Of a stretch of 64,000 nt of DNA, positions 46,412-57,481 are shown piece by piece (the stretch's first letter is position 1; each line of letters opens with the position of its first letter). The stretch spans positions 112,028-176,027 of the forward strand of contig BCKQ01000015.1 in assembly GCA_001600695.1 (NCBI GenBank), given 5' to 3'. This DNA is from Ascoidea asiatica JCM 7603. Its lineage: Eukaryota > Fungi > Ascomycota. Both the position numbers and the translations under genes were made by a program. A model generated the notes under the pieces. It was not told the origin of the DNA. It did not search any database and was given only the letters and a program-made list of their open reading frames with translations.

Positions 46412-48478
46412 ATGTCTAATTTAAAATGGGAAAATGATAATGAAAATTTTCAAATTGAAATTGTAATTTCAAGAGCAAAAAAAGTTAAATTACCAATTTT
46501 TTTATTATCTGAAAAGGAAAAATTATTAAATATTGCAAATTGTTCAGTTTTTGATGATCCTGAAATATTAAAAAATGAAATTGAAAGAGTAACTTCATTA
46601 AATGAAAAAGAAAATCAAAATTTTATAAGTTCTATTGATTCTTCAAAATGTTTACCGAATAGTTATTCTTGTATTAATACTGATTTAGGATTTTTACCTA
46701 AAAAAATAAAAAAAAAATATATACCTTCTAATAATGATATTGATAAAAATAATGATAAAGATTGTAATAATAATGATAATAATAATGATAATAATAATGA
46801 TAAAGATAATGATATTAATGACGATAAAGCTAACGAGAAAAAAGATGAAATATTCAGACATTCATTGGTTTTTATTTTAATTACTTATGGAAATGAAACT
46901 ATAAAACTTACTCCAGTAAAAGGTTCAATTTCAAATCCAATATTTAGAAAAGTAGTAAATTTTAATGTTAAAAATTACTCAAATAATATACTTATTGAAT
47001 TATTTTGCGATATTCCAAATTATTTAATTCCTAAGGAATATTTTGAAAAATATAAAGATGATTTTGATTTAAATTATCCAAATCAAGAAATATATATTGG
47101 AGAAAAAATCCTTTATTTAAATGAAGAATTTTTTAAAAATGATAGAAAAGCTAGAAAATTATTAAATAATAGTAATGTTCCACTTCTTGTTAATAATCCT
47201 GAACAAACTTCAACTTCATTTATTTCAATGTCAATAAAAGTTTTACCACCTTTTAAATTAAAAGAAGAGGAAATTAGTTTAAAAAATTTTAAAATTATGA
47301 AATTTATTGGTAAAGGAACATTTGGTGAAGTTTATCAAGTTTTAAAGAGAAATAATGGTAAAATATATGCTTTGAAAAGTATTGAAAAATTTCATATTAT
47401 AAAAAATATTGATAAAACAAACTATCATTCATATGAAACTGGAAATGGAAATGGAAATGAAAATGAAAATGAAATTCAAAATCAAAATCAAAATCAAAAT
47501 CAAAGAGAAGCAGAAATAGAAAAAGAAAAAAAAAATAAAATAATCAAAGCAATAATTGAAAAAAATATTTTAATGAAAATGAATAATCCTTTTATTATAT
47601 CATTACATTATTCTTTCCAAACTGTTAAAAAAGTTTATTTAATAACTGATTTTATTAATGGAGGAGAATTATTTCATCATTTAAGTAAAGAAAGAATATT
47701 TAATTTATATAGAAGTAAATTATATATTGCTGAAATTATATGTGCTTTAGAATATTTACATAATTCAAATATTATTTATAGAGATTTGAAACCAGAAAAT
47801 ATATTATTAGATCACCAAGGACATATAAAACTTTGTGATTTTGGATTAAGTAAGATTTCAGAACCAAATTTAAGAAAAAATAATGAAAATATAAAAACAA
47901 TTGCAAAAACATTTACATTTTGTGGATCTTCAAATTATCTGGCACCAGAAATTTTAAAACATAAAGGATATGATGAAAAAGTAGATTGGTGGGCATTAGG
48001 TATAATATTATTTGAGATGTTGATTGGTACTACACCATTTTATAAACCTAATTTAAATGAAATGATGAGATGCATAATTAATTCTCCACTTGAATTTCCA
48101 AAAGATTTTAATTCATCTGCTAAAGACCTTATTGAAAAATTATTGAATAAAGATCCTAATAAAAGAATTGGAGCAAATAATGGAAGTCAAGAAATTAAAA
48201 ACCATTCATTCTTTGAAAATTTGAATTGGAATAAAGTTATGAATAAAGAATATGAACCTTTATTTAAACCTGATGTAAAAGATGAAATTGATTGCAAAAT
48301 AATATCAAAATATTTGGAAGAAGTTGAAGAAACTGAAGAATTGAAAGAATTTCAAGAAAGGCTGGAAATCATTAAAGGAAAATATGAATATGAGTATTTA
48401 GGTAAATCTGATCAAGTTTTGTTCAAGAATTGGTCTTTTATAGGGGAAAGTGAATTTGAAAAACATCTGAAAGCTTGA
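46412..48478 (+). CDS. Divergent AGC kinase (Ypk1/Sch9-like)
   Basis: IGKGTFGEV, YALK, GGELFHHL, YRDLKPEN, LCDFGL, TFCG..YLAPE, C-terminal FKNWSF hydrophobic motif. Confidence 0.88.
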   Translation: MSNLKWENDNENFQIEIVISRAKKVKLPIFLLSEKEKLLNIANCSVFDDPEILKNEIERVTSLNEKENQNFISSIDSSKCLPNSYSCINTDLGFLPKKIKKKYIPSNNDIDKNNDKDCNNNDNNNDNNNDKDNDINDDKANEKKDEIFRHSLVFILITYGNETIKLTPVKGSISNPIFRKVVNFNVKNYSNNILIELFCDIPNYLIPKEYFEKYKDDFDLNYPNQEIYIGEKILYLNEEFFKNDRKARKLLNNSNVPLLVNNPEQTSTSFISMSIKVLPPFKLKEEEISLKNFKIMKFIGKGTFGEVYQVLKRNNGKIYALKSIEKFHIIKNIDKTNYHSYETGNGNGNENENEIQNQNQNQNQREAEIEKEKKNKIIKAIIEKNILMKMNNPFIISLHYSFQTVKKVYLITDFINGGELFHHLSKERIFNLYRSKLYIAEIICALEYLHNSNIIYRDLKPENILLDHQGHIKLCDFGLSKISEPNLRKNNENIKTIAKTFTFCGSSNYLAPEILKHKGYDEKVDWWALGIILFEMLIGTTPFYKPNLNEMMRCIINSPLEFPKDFNSSAKDLIEKLLNKDPNKRIGANNGSQEIKNHSFFENLNWNKVMNKEYEPLFKPDVKDEIDCKIISKYLEEVEETEELKEFQERLEIIKGKYEYEYLGKSDQVLFKNWSFIGESEFEKHLKA

Positions 48479-49044
48479 AGCAGTATTTAATTAATGACAA
48501 TTAATACATTTTTTTTGCTTTTTATCAATAAACATTTATTAAATAGCTGTAACTTGAATGTTTTACTGTTTTACTGTATTTGTATATTGAGCACAGGTAC
48601 CGAGTGTAGACACACACAAAAACAGCGGGTTGCACTAAGTGTATTTCCATTGTTCTCTTGCGACGCATAAAAAAATAAAAAACAACAAAAAGAAGGTGAA
48701 AGAATTCAATTTTGGAAATTCTTAACCAGACACAGAAATCCATTTGAATAATCATAAAATACTTGTTATACATACGTACGTTGTCTACTGACTATGATAC
48801 TATTCTCCATATTTGACATAGTTAAGTATCCTTCATTTACACTTTCTTCTTCTTTCCAAGCAGTTATATTAAACTATTCGAATAACGCTTAGCAAAGTCC
48901 ATTGGTTTTTTTTCAATAAATAATGTTATTTCTAATACAATTTAAATGACTCAAAAATGTTTTCAACTCAAAAAAAAGAGAAAGAGTTGTAAACTCACTT
49001 AAGCTTAAATACAAATTAAATCTTTTTTTGCATTCAGTAAATCA

Positions 49045-49150
49045 ATGATCAATAAACTTTCTCGTCATATTTCAAAACTAATATTTAAGTATATGACTTT
49101 AGATAAATGTTGATTATTTATTTTATTTGATAATATTAGTTTATACAAGG
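49045..49150 (+). pseudogene. 5' relic of the F-box/LRR gene
   Basis: Translates MINKLSRHISKLIFKYMTLDKC*LFILFDNISLYK versus MINKLPIHILKLIFNYITLDKCWLFTLSNNINIYK; TGA at 49111. Confidence 0.88.
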
Positions 49151-49746
49151 CTTTAACTAAGATATTTTAATTCCGGTGAAAATAAGAGTTCTTCAATTAG
49201 ATCCTAATATAAGGTAAATAAATTAAGCAAATTTAATTGAATTGAAGGCATTATATATAATAGATGATTTTAAAATAAAAAAACACATAACTTTGAATTA
49301 TGATCTAATATAAGGATATTCTTAACTTTTGTGTAATGGTCTAAAATTAAAAAGATCTTTTCAAGAAGAGTGTTGTGTTTGAGGTTTCTATATAACAAAG
49401 TAGGGTCCAATATATGGAGCTTGGAGGCTTTCTTGAAATATAAAAGATTACATTTATCATTATTGAGATTGTAAATTTATATGAATTCAAAAATTTCAAA
49501 AAAAATGGGATATGATTTATGTTTTAAATGGATAGGTAATCACTAAAAGAGTAATCCAGATTTCAACCAATATTTTCATAAAATATAGAAGAAATACAAG
49601 GAAATTGAATGGAATGAAAAAAGAATAAACATTCAAAATCATGTAATCTGAAAAAGAAAAAAATAAACCATTAAAAGAAATAGAAACAGAAGAGGACCCA
49701 TTTTTTAAAAACAGAAATTTCAAGGAGAACCAATAAACAGGACTCA

Positions 49747-49840
49747 TCCCCATTAGCTCAGTTGGTAGAGCGTTCGGCTTTTAGGGATTTGTTAATTTCG
49801 AGCAACCGAAATGTCTAGGGTTCGAGCCCCTAATGAGGAG
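49747..49840 (+). tRNA. tRNA-Lys(UUU) with intron
   Basis: Same sequence as the other three copies. Confidence 0.95.
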
Positions 49841-49971
49841 TCCTTTTTTTAGTTTTATTTTTTATTATTTTTAATTATTATCTAAGTTGGTTAGGGTAAA
49901 AAGTATAAAATTTCAGGACAAACAGTTAGAACAGGGAAAAAAAAAATAAACCTTCTGAATAGTAATTAGTG

Positions 49972-50043
49972 TTCCGATACCGGGAGTCGAACCCGGGTCT
50001 CCTCGGTGAAAGCGAGGTATGATCACCGTTACACTATATCGGA
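49972..50043 (-). tRNA. tRNA-Glu(UUC)
   Basis: Reverse complement identical to 39514-39585. Confidence 0.96.
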
Positions 50044-50165
50044 AAACCTTATAATTCTGTTTGGTTGTGTTTAAAGGTTGTCACGAGATGTTACTAAACC
50101 TATCACGTGTCTTGCTACTAATGTTTTGCTGGTGTTCCAGAGATAAAATCAACTAAGCATATTTT

Positions 50166-50181
50166 GCTGATTTAGCTCAGC

Positions 50182-50214
<33 letters not shown>

Positions 50215-50238
50215 TGTGTTCGATCCACAGAATTAGCA
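50166..50238 (+). tRNA. tRNA-Phe(GAA), intronless
   Basis: GCTGATTTAGCTCAGCTGGGAGAGCGTCAGA-CTGAAGA-TCTGAAGGTCCTGTGTTCGATCCACAGAATTAGCA. Confidence 0.96.
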
Positions 50239-51325
50239 GCTATTTTTTTTTAATTTGCTTTCTAATTGTTCTCCTCATTGTTATTTGTCAATCGTTTGTT
50301 GAAAGAAGGATTTTATGTGAAGATTTAAAGAACAAGTTTAAATTCCAAAAGAATATATTCATACTCAATTTGGTAAATAACAAGCTTTTTTGCTGTTATG
50401 TGTTTCAATCATCGATTATATTACTCTTAATTATATCAAAAAGTACAATTAAAATGGCAAATTTTGGTATCAAGAATTTAACTTGATGAGAATAATTTTA
50501 TAAACAAATCATAAGATTAAGTAAATATGATTTAACAAATTATATTTTAGATTGTAATATAATGGATGAAATGAAAAGTTGAATTCATTTCAATAAAATT
50601 ATTGCTTTTTAAAAAGACACTTTCATAAATTCAAATCCAAATCATGCAGATAATGAATTTAACTTTATCCCTATATTAAATTGAAGTTTAAAATCCAAAG
50701 TTTTATCAATTTTAGTTAAGGTTCCTTCAAAAATTATAATACTTTCTTACCAATAAAAATTTTAAAAAATGGTATCAATATTTAATACTTCAATAATATT
50801 TATATATAATCATCACATTTCAAAATTGAAGATACATGAAAAAAAAAATTCCGAAGATGAAAAATTAAAAAAAGGTAAACACTATATTAGTTTATTTTCC
50901 ATTGATATATGATTTTATTTTGAAATTGTTTAAACTAGGTAAAAGTGAAATCGATATTAAATAAAATAAAATAAAAAATTGAGACCAAAAGATTATTGGC
51001 TTTTAATGTAGAAAGAAAAATCTCAGGGTCTACTTTTTCAGCAAATATCTATCAACCTCTACTCAACTGTAGCTTCTATACACATTATTTCTATGTATTT
51101 ATTTGATTGAAAACTTACTGAAACAGGATTTCTTTCAAAATAATTTGAAGCAGATATTAAAAAGAAATCAACAGTTTCATCATTAGTAAAGGATATAGTT
51201 CAGAAATTAGATTTATTGAATTGAATCTCTATCAAAGAAAACTATTTTGTTTTGTGTATGTGTATCTACCCATCACTTATACGTTATATTGTCAATTCAG
51301 AGAAACTCCAAAAAGGCAACGAAAT

Positions 51326-51408
51326 GGAGGGTTGGCCGAGTGGTCTAAGGCGGTAGACTTAAGATCTACTGGGAAATTCCCGCGCGAGTTCGAACCTCGC
51401 ATCCTTCA
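51326..51408 (+). tRNA. tRNA-Leu(UAA)
   Basis: GGAGGGTTGGCCGAGTGGTCTAAGGCGGTAGA-CTTAAGA-TCTAC, variable arm, GTTCGAACC, ATCCTTCA. Confidence 0.96.
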
Positions 51409-51434
51409 TTCTTTATTTTTTTTCAGTGCTACTA

Positions 51435-53645
51435 TTTCAATGATCCGATTAAAGATGTTTCAATATCTTCACATAGAGATAATCTAGCTTTATTTGATAT
51501 TCCTCTAGGCTTAGATAAAGGTTTAGATTTTTCTTCTATATTATCTTTATCCGAAAAAACTAATAACAATAATGATTATGATGACGATAATAATAATAAT
51601 TTTGAAAATATTGCAAATATAGAAGATTTTAATGAAAATGATAACCGTATAATTGAATTGGATGAAAATTTAGATGATTTAGATATAAATTCAGATAATG
51701 ATGAAGCTAATGGTGAATATGGTGATTATAAATCAAAATCTTCAAAATTATCTAATCAGAACCAATCCGATAATAGAAAAAATGAAAATGATGAATTAGT
51801 ACCTCTTAATATTTCAATATCTTCTGCTTTAAAATCCGTTTCAAAATTAACAATTGAAAAATAAGAATTATGCTAATGTCGTTGATATTAATCATAAAAT
51901 TGATAATTTTAGTGATTTAGTACCAAATCCTACAAGAATTTGGCCTTTTGAATTAGATGTATTTCAAAAAGAAACCGTTTATCATTTAGAACAAAATGAC
52001 TCAGTATTCGTTGCTGCACATACTTCAATTGGTAAAACTGTTGTAGCCGAATATGCAATTGCTATGGCTCATAGAAATATGACAAAAACAATATATACAT
52101 CTCCAATAAAAGCTTTATGAAATCAAAAATTTAGAGATTTCAAAGAAATTTTCAAAGATATTGATATTGGTTTAGTTACTGGTGATGTTCAAATTAATCC
52201 TCATTCTGATTGTTTGATAATGACAACTGAAATTTTAAGAAGTATGTTTTATAGAGGTGCTGATCTTATAAGAGATGTAGAGTTCGTTATCTTTGACGAA
52301 GTTCATTATGTGAATGATATTGATAGAGGTGTAGTTTGGGAAGAAGTTATAATTATGTTACCTGAACATGTTAAATTTTTTTTATTATCTGCAACTGTTC
52401 TAAATACAATGGAATTTGCTGAATGGATTGGTAGAACTAAAAAAAAAGATATTTATGTGATTTCGACTCCAAAACGTCCAGTACCTTTAAAAATTTTAAT
52501 TTATACTAAAAAAAACAAGTATTCAAAGTTATTGATGGTCAACGAAATTTCAGTGAAATTCAATTTAAAAAACATAAAGAATTTTTTGAAAAAACTAATG
52601 AAAACTCAAATTATGATACTCGAGGAGGCCAAGGTAGCCAAAGAGGTGGAAAACCTGGAAATAATAATTATAGATCTGCTTGGGATGGTCCAAATAAAAA
52701 TACTTGGATTAATTTGGTTCAATTCCTTAAAATTAACAATCTTTTACTAGCTGTTATTTTTGTATTCAGTAAAAAAAGATGTGAAGAATATGCAGAAACT
52801 CTAATGAGTATAGATCTTACAACTTCTAAAGAAAAATTTCTTGTTAGAATGTTTATTGATAAAGCCGTTTCAAGATTGAAAAAAGAAGAAAGAGATTTAC
52901 CTCAAATTTTAAAAATGAGAGAATTTATAGCAAGAGGTGTTAGTGTTCATCATGGTGGTCTTCTACCAATTGTTAAAGAAGTTATTGAAAGTTTATTTTC
53001 AAAGTCTTTAGTTAAAGTTCTTTTTGCTACTGAAACTTTTGCAATGGGTTTGAATTTACCTACAAGAACAGTTGTTTTTGATAAACTAAAAAAAAACACA
53101 ACGGGATAAGTTTAAGAGATCTTTTACCTGGTAAATTTACTCAAATGTCTGAAAGAGCTGGTAGAAGAGGGTTAGATCCAATGGGTACTGTAATCGTAAT
53201 GACTTATAATAATCCTATAGATACAACCTCTTTCAAAAATGTAACGTTGGGAAATCCAACAAAATTGACTTCTCAGTTTAGGTTAACTTATATCATGATT
53301 TTAAATTTATTAAGAATTGAAGCTCTTAAAGTAGAAGAAATGATTAAACACTCATTCAGTGGAAATTCTTCAAGATATCTTCTTCCTGAACATGAAAAAA
53401 CTTTACTTAGTTTATAATTAAAAACAAAGCTAAAAGATATAAGCTCAAAATATGATAGTCAAGATTTTACTGATTGCCCTTACACTAAAGATGATCTTAT
53501 AAAAATGCATTCAATATTTACTGGTTATAATCTTTTAGTAACAGATATGGTAAAGAAGTCTTTCAGAAATCCTGTTCTTTTGAGAACATTTAAAGCTGGA
53601 AAATTAATTGTATTTGTGGATAATAATGGTTATTTAACACCAGGT
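51435..53645 (+). pseudogene. SKI2: Internal fragment of the SKI2 DExH helicase with multiple stops and frameshifts
   Basis: [83 protein letters not shown], spread over several frames. Confidence 0.92.
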
Positions 53646-53723
53646 AATTTTTGATCACGTTTTACTATTCAACAGAATAAAAAATTGAAAAAAAAAAAAG
53701 TGTTTGAAAATATCAAAAATATT

Positions 53724-53796
53724 TGGACAAGTCCGGAGTCGAACCGGAGACCTTCTGCACGCTAAGCAGACGCGCTACCAACTACGCCACATGCCC
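53724..53796 (-). tRNA. tRNA-Ala(AGC)
   Basis: GGGCATGTGGCGTAGTTGGTAGCGCGTCTGC-TTAGCGT-GCAGAAGGTCTCCGGTTCGACTCCGGACTTGTCCA. Confidence 0.95.
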
Positions 53797-55020
53797 AAAA
53801 CGATGTTTTTATTTTTATTATTAACACTAAGTTACAATGCGCTGTAAGAATTATTTTATTGCAATAAAATGATACGAAGTTGAATTGAGAAATATAAAGA
53901 AGAGCTTTGAATATTTCAGATTTGAAACAGTAAAATTAAATAATCAAATTCATTTTGCAAACATATGAATATGAACTTCATATTATAAGAAGAACCCATG
54001 TCAATATTAATTGCACCATACTTGCAAAGACTTGTTTAGCATCTTCAATTAATATGGAGCTCATTCTGGGTGCAAAAGGTCCGGGGTAAATTGAGGCCAA
54101 TAAAAAAAATAGGTACAGGATTTTCATATTATATTAATTTACTTGAGACAATAGAATTGAATGACTTAAATGTCCATGAAAATAGAGAGGATCTAGAAGC
54201 TAATATAAATGATCCAATAAACTGGATTTCTTCGTTGTAATCTATGCAACAACAATTAGGTTTGAAGATTAGTACTCTTATTTTTGAGGTTCCTTAAAGA
54301 ACAGCTCTTAATAGTGGAAGCCCTATTTTGAAATTACTAATATCGTATGTATCAGATTTATTATCTAAAAATTTATCAATTTCCTCATGCTTATTGGATT
54401 TAAATTTCACAACCGATATAATATTCAGAACAGAGTCCAGAAAGTTAGTTGACTCAAGGTTTTCAAATTTTATAAATAAGAGAGTAGGTATAAACACCAT
54501 AGATGTAATGAAGTTAATTTCGACTTGTAATCGATTTGATGTATCCTCCTTAGCTCAGTCTGGAAGTAGAAAATATTTATGATGAAAACAAAAAAATTTC
54601 AATATAAATTTTATAAAGGAATTATTTTCGGTGATTATTAGAAACTAATAAGTACCTTTTGTAGGAAATATGAAATCAATTACCATTGTTTTATTTTACA
54701 AAACATTTTCTTGAAGACCTTTTCTCTAGCAATATAACTGACTTATATTATCCTAATATATAGTTATTTCAGCATCTTTAACTCAATGATTATATTTTCC
54801 ATTACCCTTTCATATCTTAATCTTTATCTTGTTCATAGATTAAGAATACTGAATAATCTAATCATTAGCAAATATACAGTATAATAATTGTATCACAAAT
54901 ATCTAAATGAAAAAGAAAAAATCATGTTTGAAGTTTATCATAAAGAAGTCAACGCCACTAAAAGCTGGAAAAAAGAAGACAAGCAAGTAAAACACAAAAA
55001 AAATAATAAAAAATAAAGAA

Positions 55021-55099
55021 TGAAGGATGCGAGGTTCGAACTTGCGCGGAAATTTCACAGTAGATCTTAAGTCTACCACCGCCTTAGACTCGACCCTCC
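55021..55099 (-). pseudogene. Degenerate tRNA-Leu(UAA), inverted copy of 51326-51408 including about 35 bp of upstream flank
   Basis: D-arm deletions, a GGT insertion and a T-stem substitution; shared flank AATTCAGAGAAACTCCAAAAA..CAACGAAAT. Confidence 0.9.
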
Positions 55100-56222
55100 A
55101 TTTCGTTGTTTTTTTGGAGTTTCTCTGAATTAACAGTATGATCTTGCAACAGAAATGTATGATCTTGCAACAGAAATGCTTTCAATAAAAATTTTCTTTG
55201 TTTCAAATTCCTTACAAATGTTTCAATGCTTCAATGCTTCAATGCTTCAATGTTTAGAAAAGATTCCGCTCCGTGTCAGGATTATACTTTTCTAAATATC
55301 CGTAGTTGTTTCCGGGTGATTTCTTTTTATGTTTGGAACAGAATTAAAATGTTAATGAATTTAAACATTTTTAGATTTTTAGTTTTTTAAAATCATCAAA
55401 AGAAACAAGAAACTAAAAAAGTTTGAATCATGATTATAATTATAATTGACAATCATATTTATATTTCATTGTATTAAAACTTAAGTTTTTTCAATGATTT
55501 GGTAATCCTACTTTTATTTTAAAATATAATATTCATAAACATCTATGTTAAAAAGTATTTTGTGAAAAGGAAATTTAATTAATTTATCTTATAAAATTGA
55601 AAACAATATATAATAAGTTATCAAAACTGTGATTATTGTGATTATTGTTACTATTGTTATGATTATTCTAATTAACTTTTGAGAAAAAAAAAGGAGAGAA
55701 GTGAAAATTGATACTTGTAGCTTTGGTATTAGTGATAATTTTGTTTATCAACATCTTACTGAAAATAATGATAAAATTATTAGAACTTAAGTTATTATTA
55801 TCACCAAAAAAAGGTTGCATGAATTCTTTAATTCCATCTCTTTGATGTTTAATCTCAAGAGTTTAGATTAATGTTTTCTTCTCAAAAATCATTGATATTT
55901 TTTTTTTGCTTCTTTGAAATATTCTTTTCTCATAAATTTTATATTCTCTCAAGTGCTATTCATTTCATCTTATCTCATCTCATATATTTTATTCATATTT
56001 GAATTCTGTTAAAAAAAATCTTTAAAACGATAAGAAGAAAATCGATTTACAAATATTGCTATTAATTTAAAAAGAAAATAAAAACAGTTTATGTGATCTT
56101 TTGCTTTAATCTGTTTTATCTGCTTTATCCTTTAATTTATCTTATATCATTTGACTATATTCTATTTTGTTTATCACTTTATTTTTGTTTTTTTCTGAAT
56201 TATGGTACAAATTTAAGAATAT

Positions 56223-56408
56223 GTGAAATTTTTGAATGAAAAACTAGAGATAATTAAACAATTTACTCTTAGATCTATTATTGTTGGTTTAATTATTGGT
56301 TCTGTTGTTATAATTTCAATTTTTTTAATTTTTTTCACTGATGTTGAGAATGTATTTGTACAAAGTGTTGCAGTTGCAGTGGGTACTAGTCCTATAGCCT
56401 ATGGTTAA
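56223..56408 (+). pseudogene. Fragment of an OPT-family oligopeptide transporter (YGL114W-like)
   Basis: QFTLRSIIVGLIIGS joined to FTDVENVFVQSVAVAVGT; the normally intervening segment is missing and there is no ATG start. Confidence 0.75.
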
Positions 56409-56988
56409 AAACATTAAATACCTATGTTTTTACAATTTCTTGTTAACTTTCTGTTGTTACTTATCTCAAACAATCTAATTTACCAGATAATTCACTTATT
56501 TTTCTTACTAATCTGGGAATATACTGTATTTCAATTATTTATACTAATAGAAAACAAATTTCTATTTTTGCCACTTATAGTTTAGTTTAAGAAAATTTAA
56601 CTAAATTAATTTATGTCAAAATTTATTTATTATATTTACTGGTGATGTATTAATAATTGTACCAAAGTTATGTTTTATTTTTGATATATCAATTATCTCT
56701 TACATTAATTCAAATTTTTCTCAATTTAAAACAATTAAATTTGAAAATAAAAATCATCAGAAGCCTACTTTCTATTACATAACATTTTTATACATTATCA
56801 ATAAACAACTATTTTTACCTTTGAGACACACCATTGAATAAATTTTGAAATGGAAAAATTATTTCAATACTTCATGATTAAACAAGTTCTAATTCTAGTT
56901 CCAACTCCAATTATATAATTCAAACACTGAGTAATGTTTTGTTATAATAGCAAAATTTGACAAAGGAACAGCAAAAAAAAAATAAACA

Positions 56989-57012
56989 TGCTAATTCTGT
57001 GGATCGAACACA

Positions 57013-57045
<33 letters not shown>

Positions 57046-57061
57046 GCTGAGCTAAATCAGC
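56989..57061 (-). tRNA. tRNA-Phe(GAA), intronless
   Basis: Reverse complement identical to 50166-50238. Confidence 0.96.
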
Positions 57062-57183
57062 AAAATATGCTTAGTTGATTTTATCTCTGGAACACCAGCA
57101 AAACATTAGTAGCAAGACACGTGATAGGTTTAGTAACATCTCGTGACAACCTTTAAACACAACCAAACAGAATTATAAGGTTT

Positions 57184-57255
57184 TCCGATATAGTGTAACG
57201 GTGATCATACCTCGCTTTCACCGAGGAGACCCGGGTTCGACTCCCGGTATCGGAA
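57184..57255 (+). tRNA. tRNA-Glu(UUC)
   Basis: Identical to 39514-39585. Confidence 0.96.
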
Positions 57256-57387
57256 CACTAATTACTATTCAGAAGGTTTACTTTTTTTTTCCCTGTTCTA
57301 ACTGTTTGTCCTGAAATTTTATACTTTTTACCCTAACCAACTTAGATAATAATTAAAAATAATAAAAAATAAAACTAAAAAAAAGAA

Positions 57388-57481
57388 CTCCTCATTAGGG
57401 GCTCGAACCCTAGACATTTCGGTTGCTCGAAATTAACAAATCCCTAAAAGCCGAACGCTCTACCAACTGAGCTAATGGGGA
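57388..57481 (-). tRNA. tRNA-Lys(UUU) with intron
   Basis: Same sequence as the other copies. Confidence 0.95.

Larger units (their letters stand above)
48602..50043. repeat. Diverged inverted copy of block 39514-42812 (LRR promoter, LRR 5' end, downstream flank, tRNA-Lys, tRNA-Glu)
   Basis: For example 42668-42812 matches the reverse complement of 48602-48745, 42040-42370 matches 48800-49150, and 39980-40180 matches 49310-49515. Confidence 0.85.
49662..50238. repeat. Left arm of a near-identical inverted repeat of about 577 bp (Lys-Glu-Phe tRNA cassette); partner 56989-57566
   Basis: Reverse-complement match with only a handful of differences. Confidence 0.95.

Noticed and set aside
51221-51487. 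88-aa ORF
   Set aside because: Runs through tRNA-Leu and has a TTG start
53960-54582. Coding-like segment with short ORFs on both strands
   Set aside because: Probably a decayed gene fragment, but I cannot assign a family
55136-55250. 21-bp tandem duplication and (TTCAATGC)n next to the pseudo-tRNA-Leu
   Set aside because: Simple local slippage with no evidence of function
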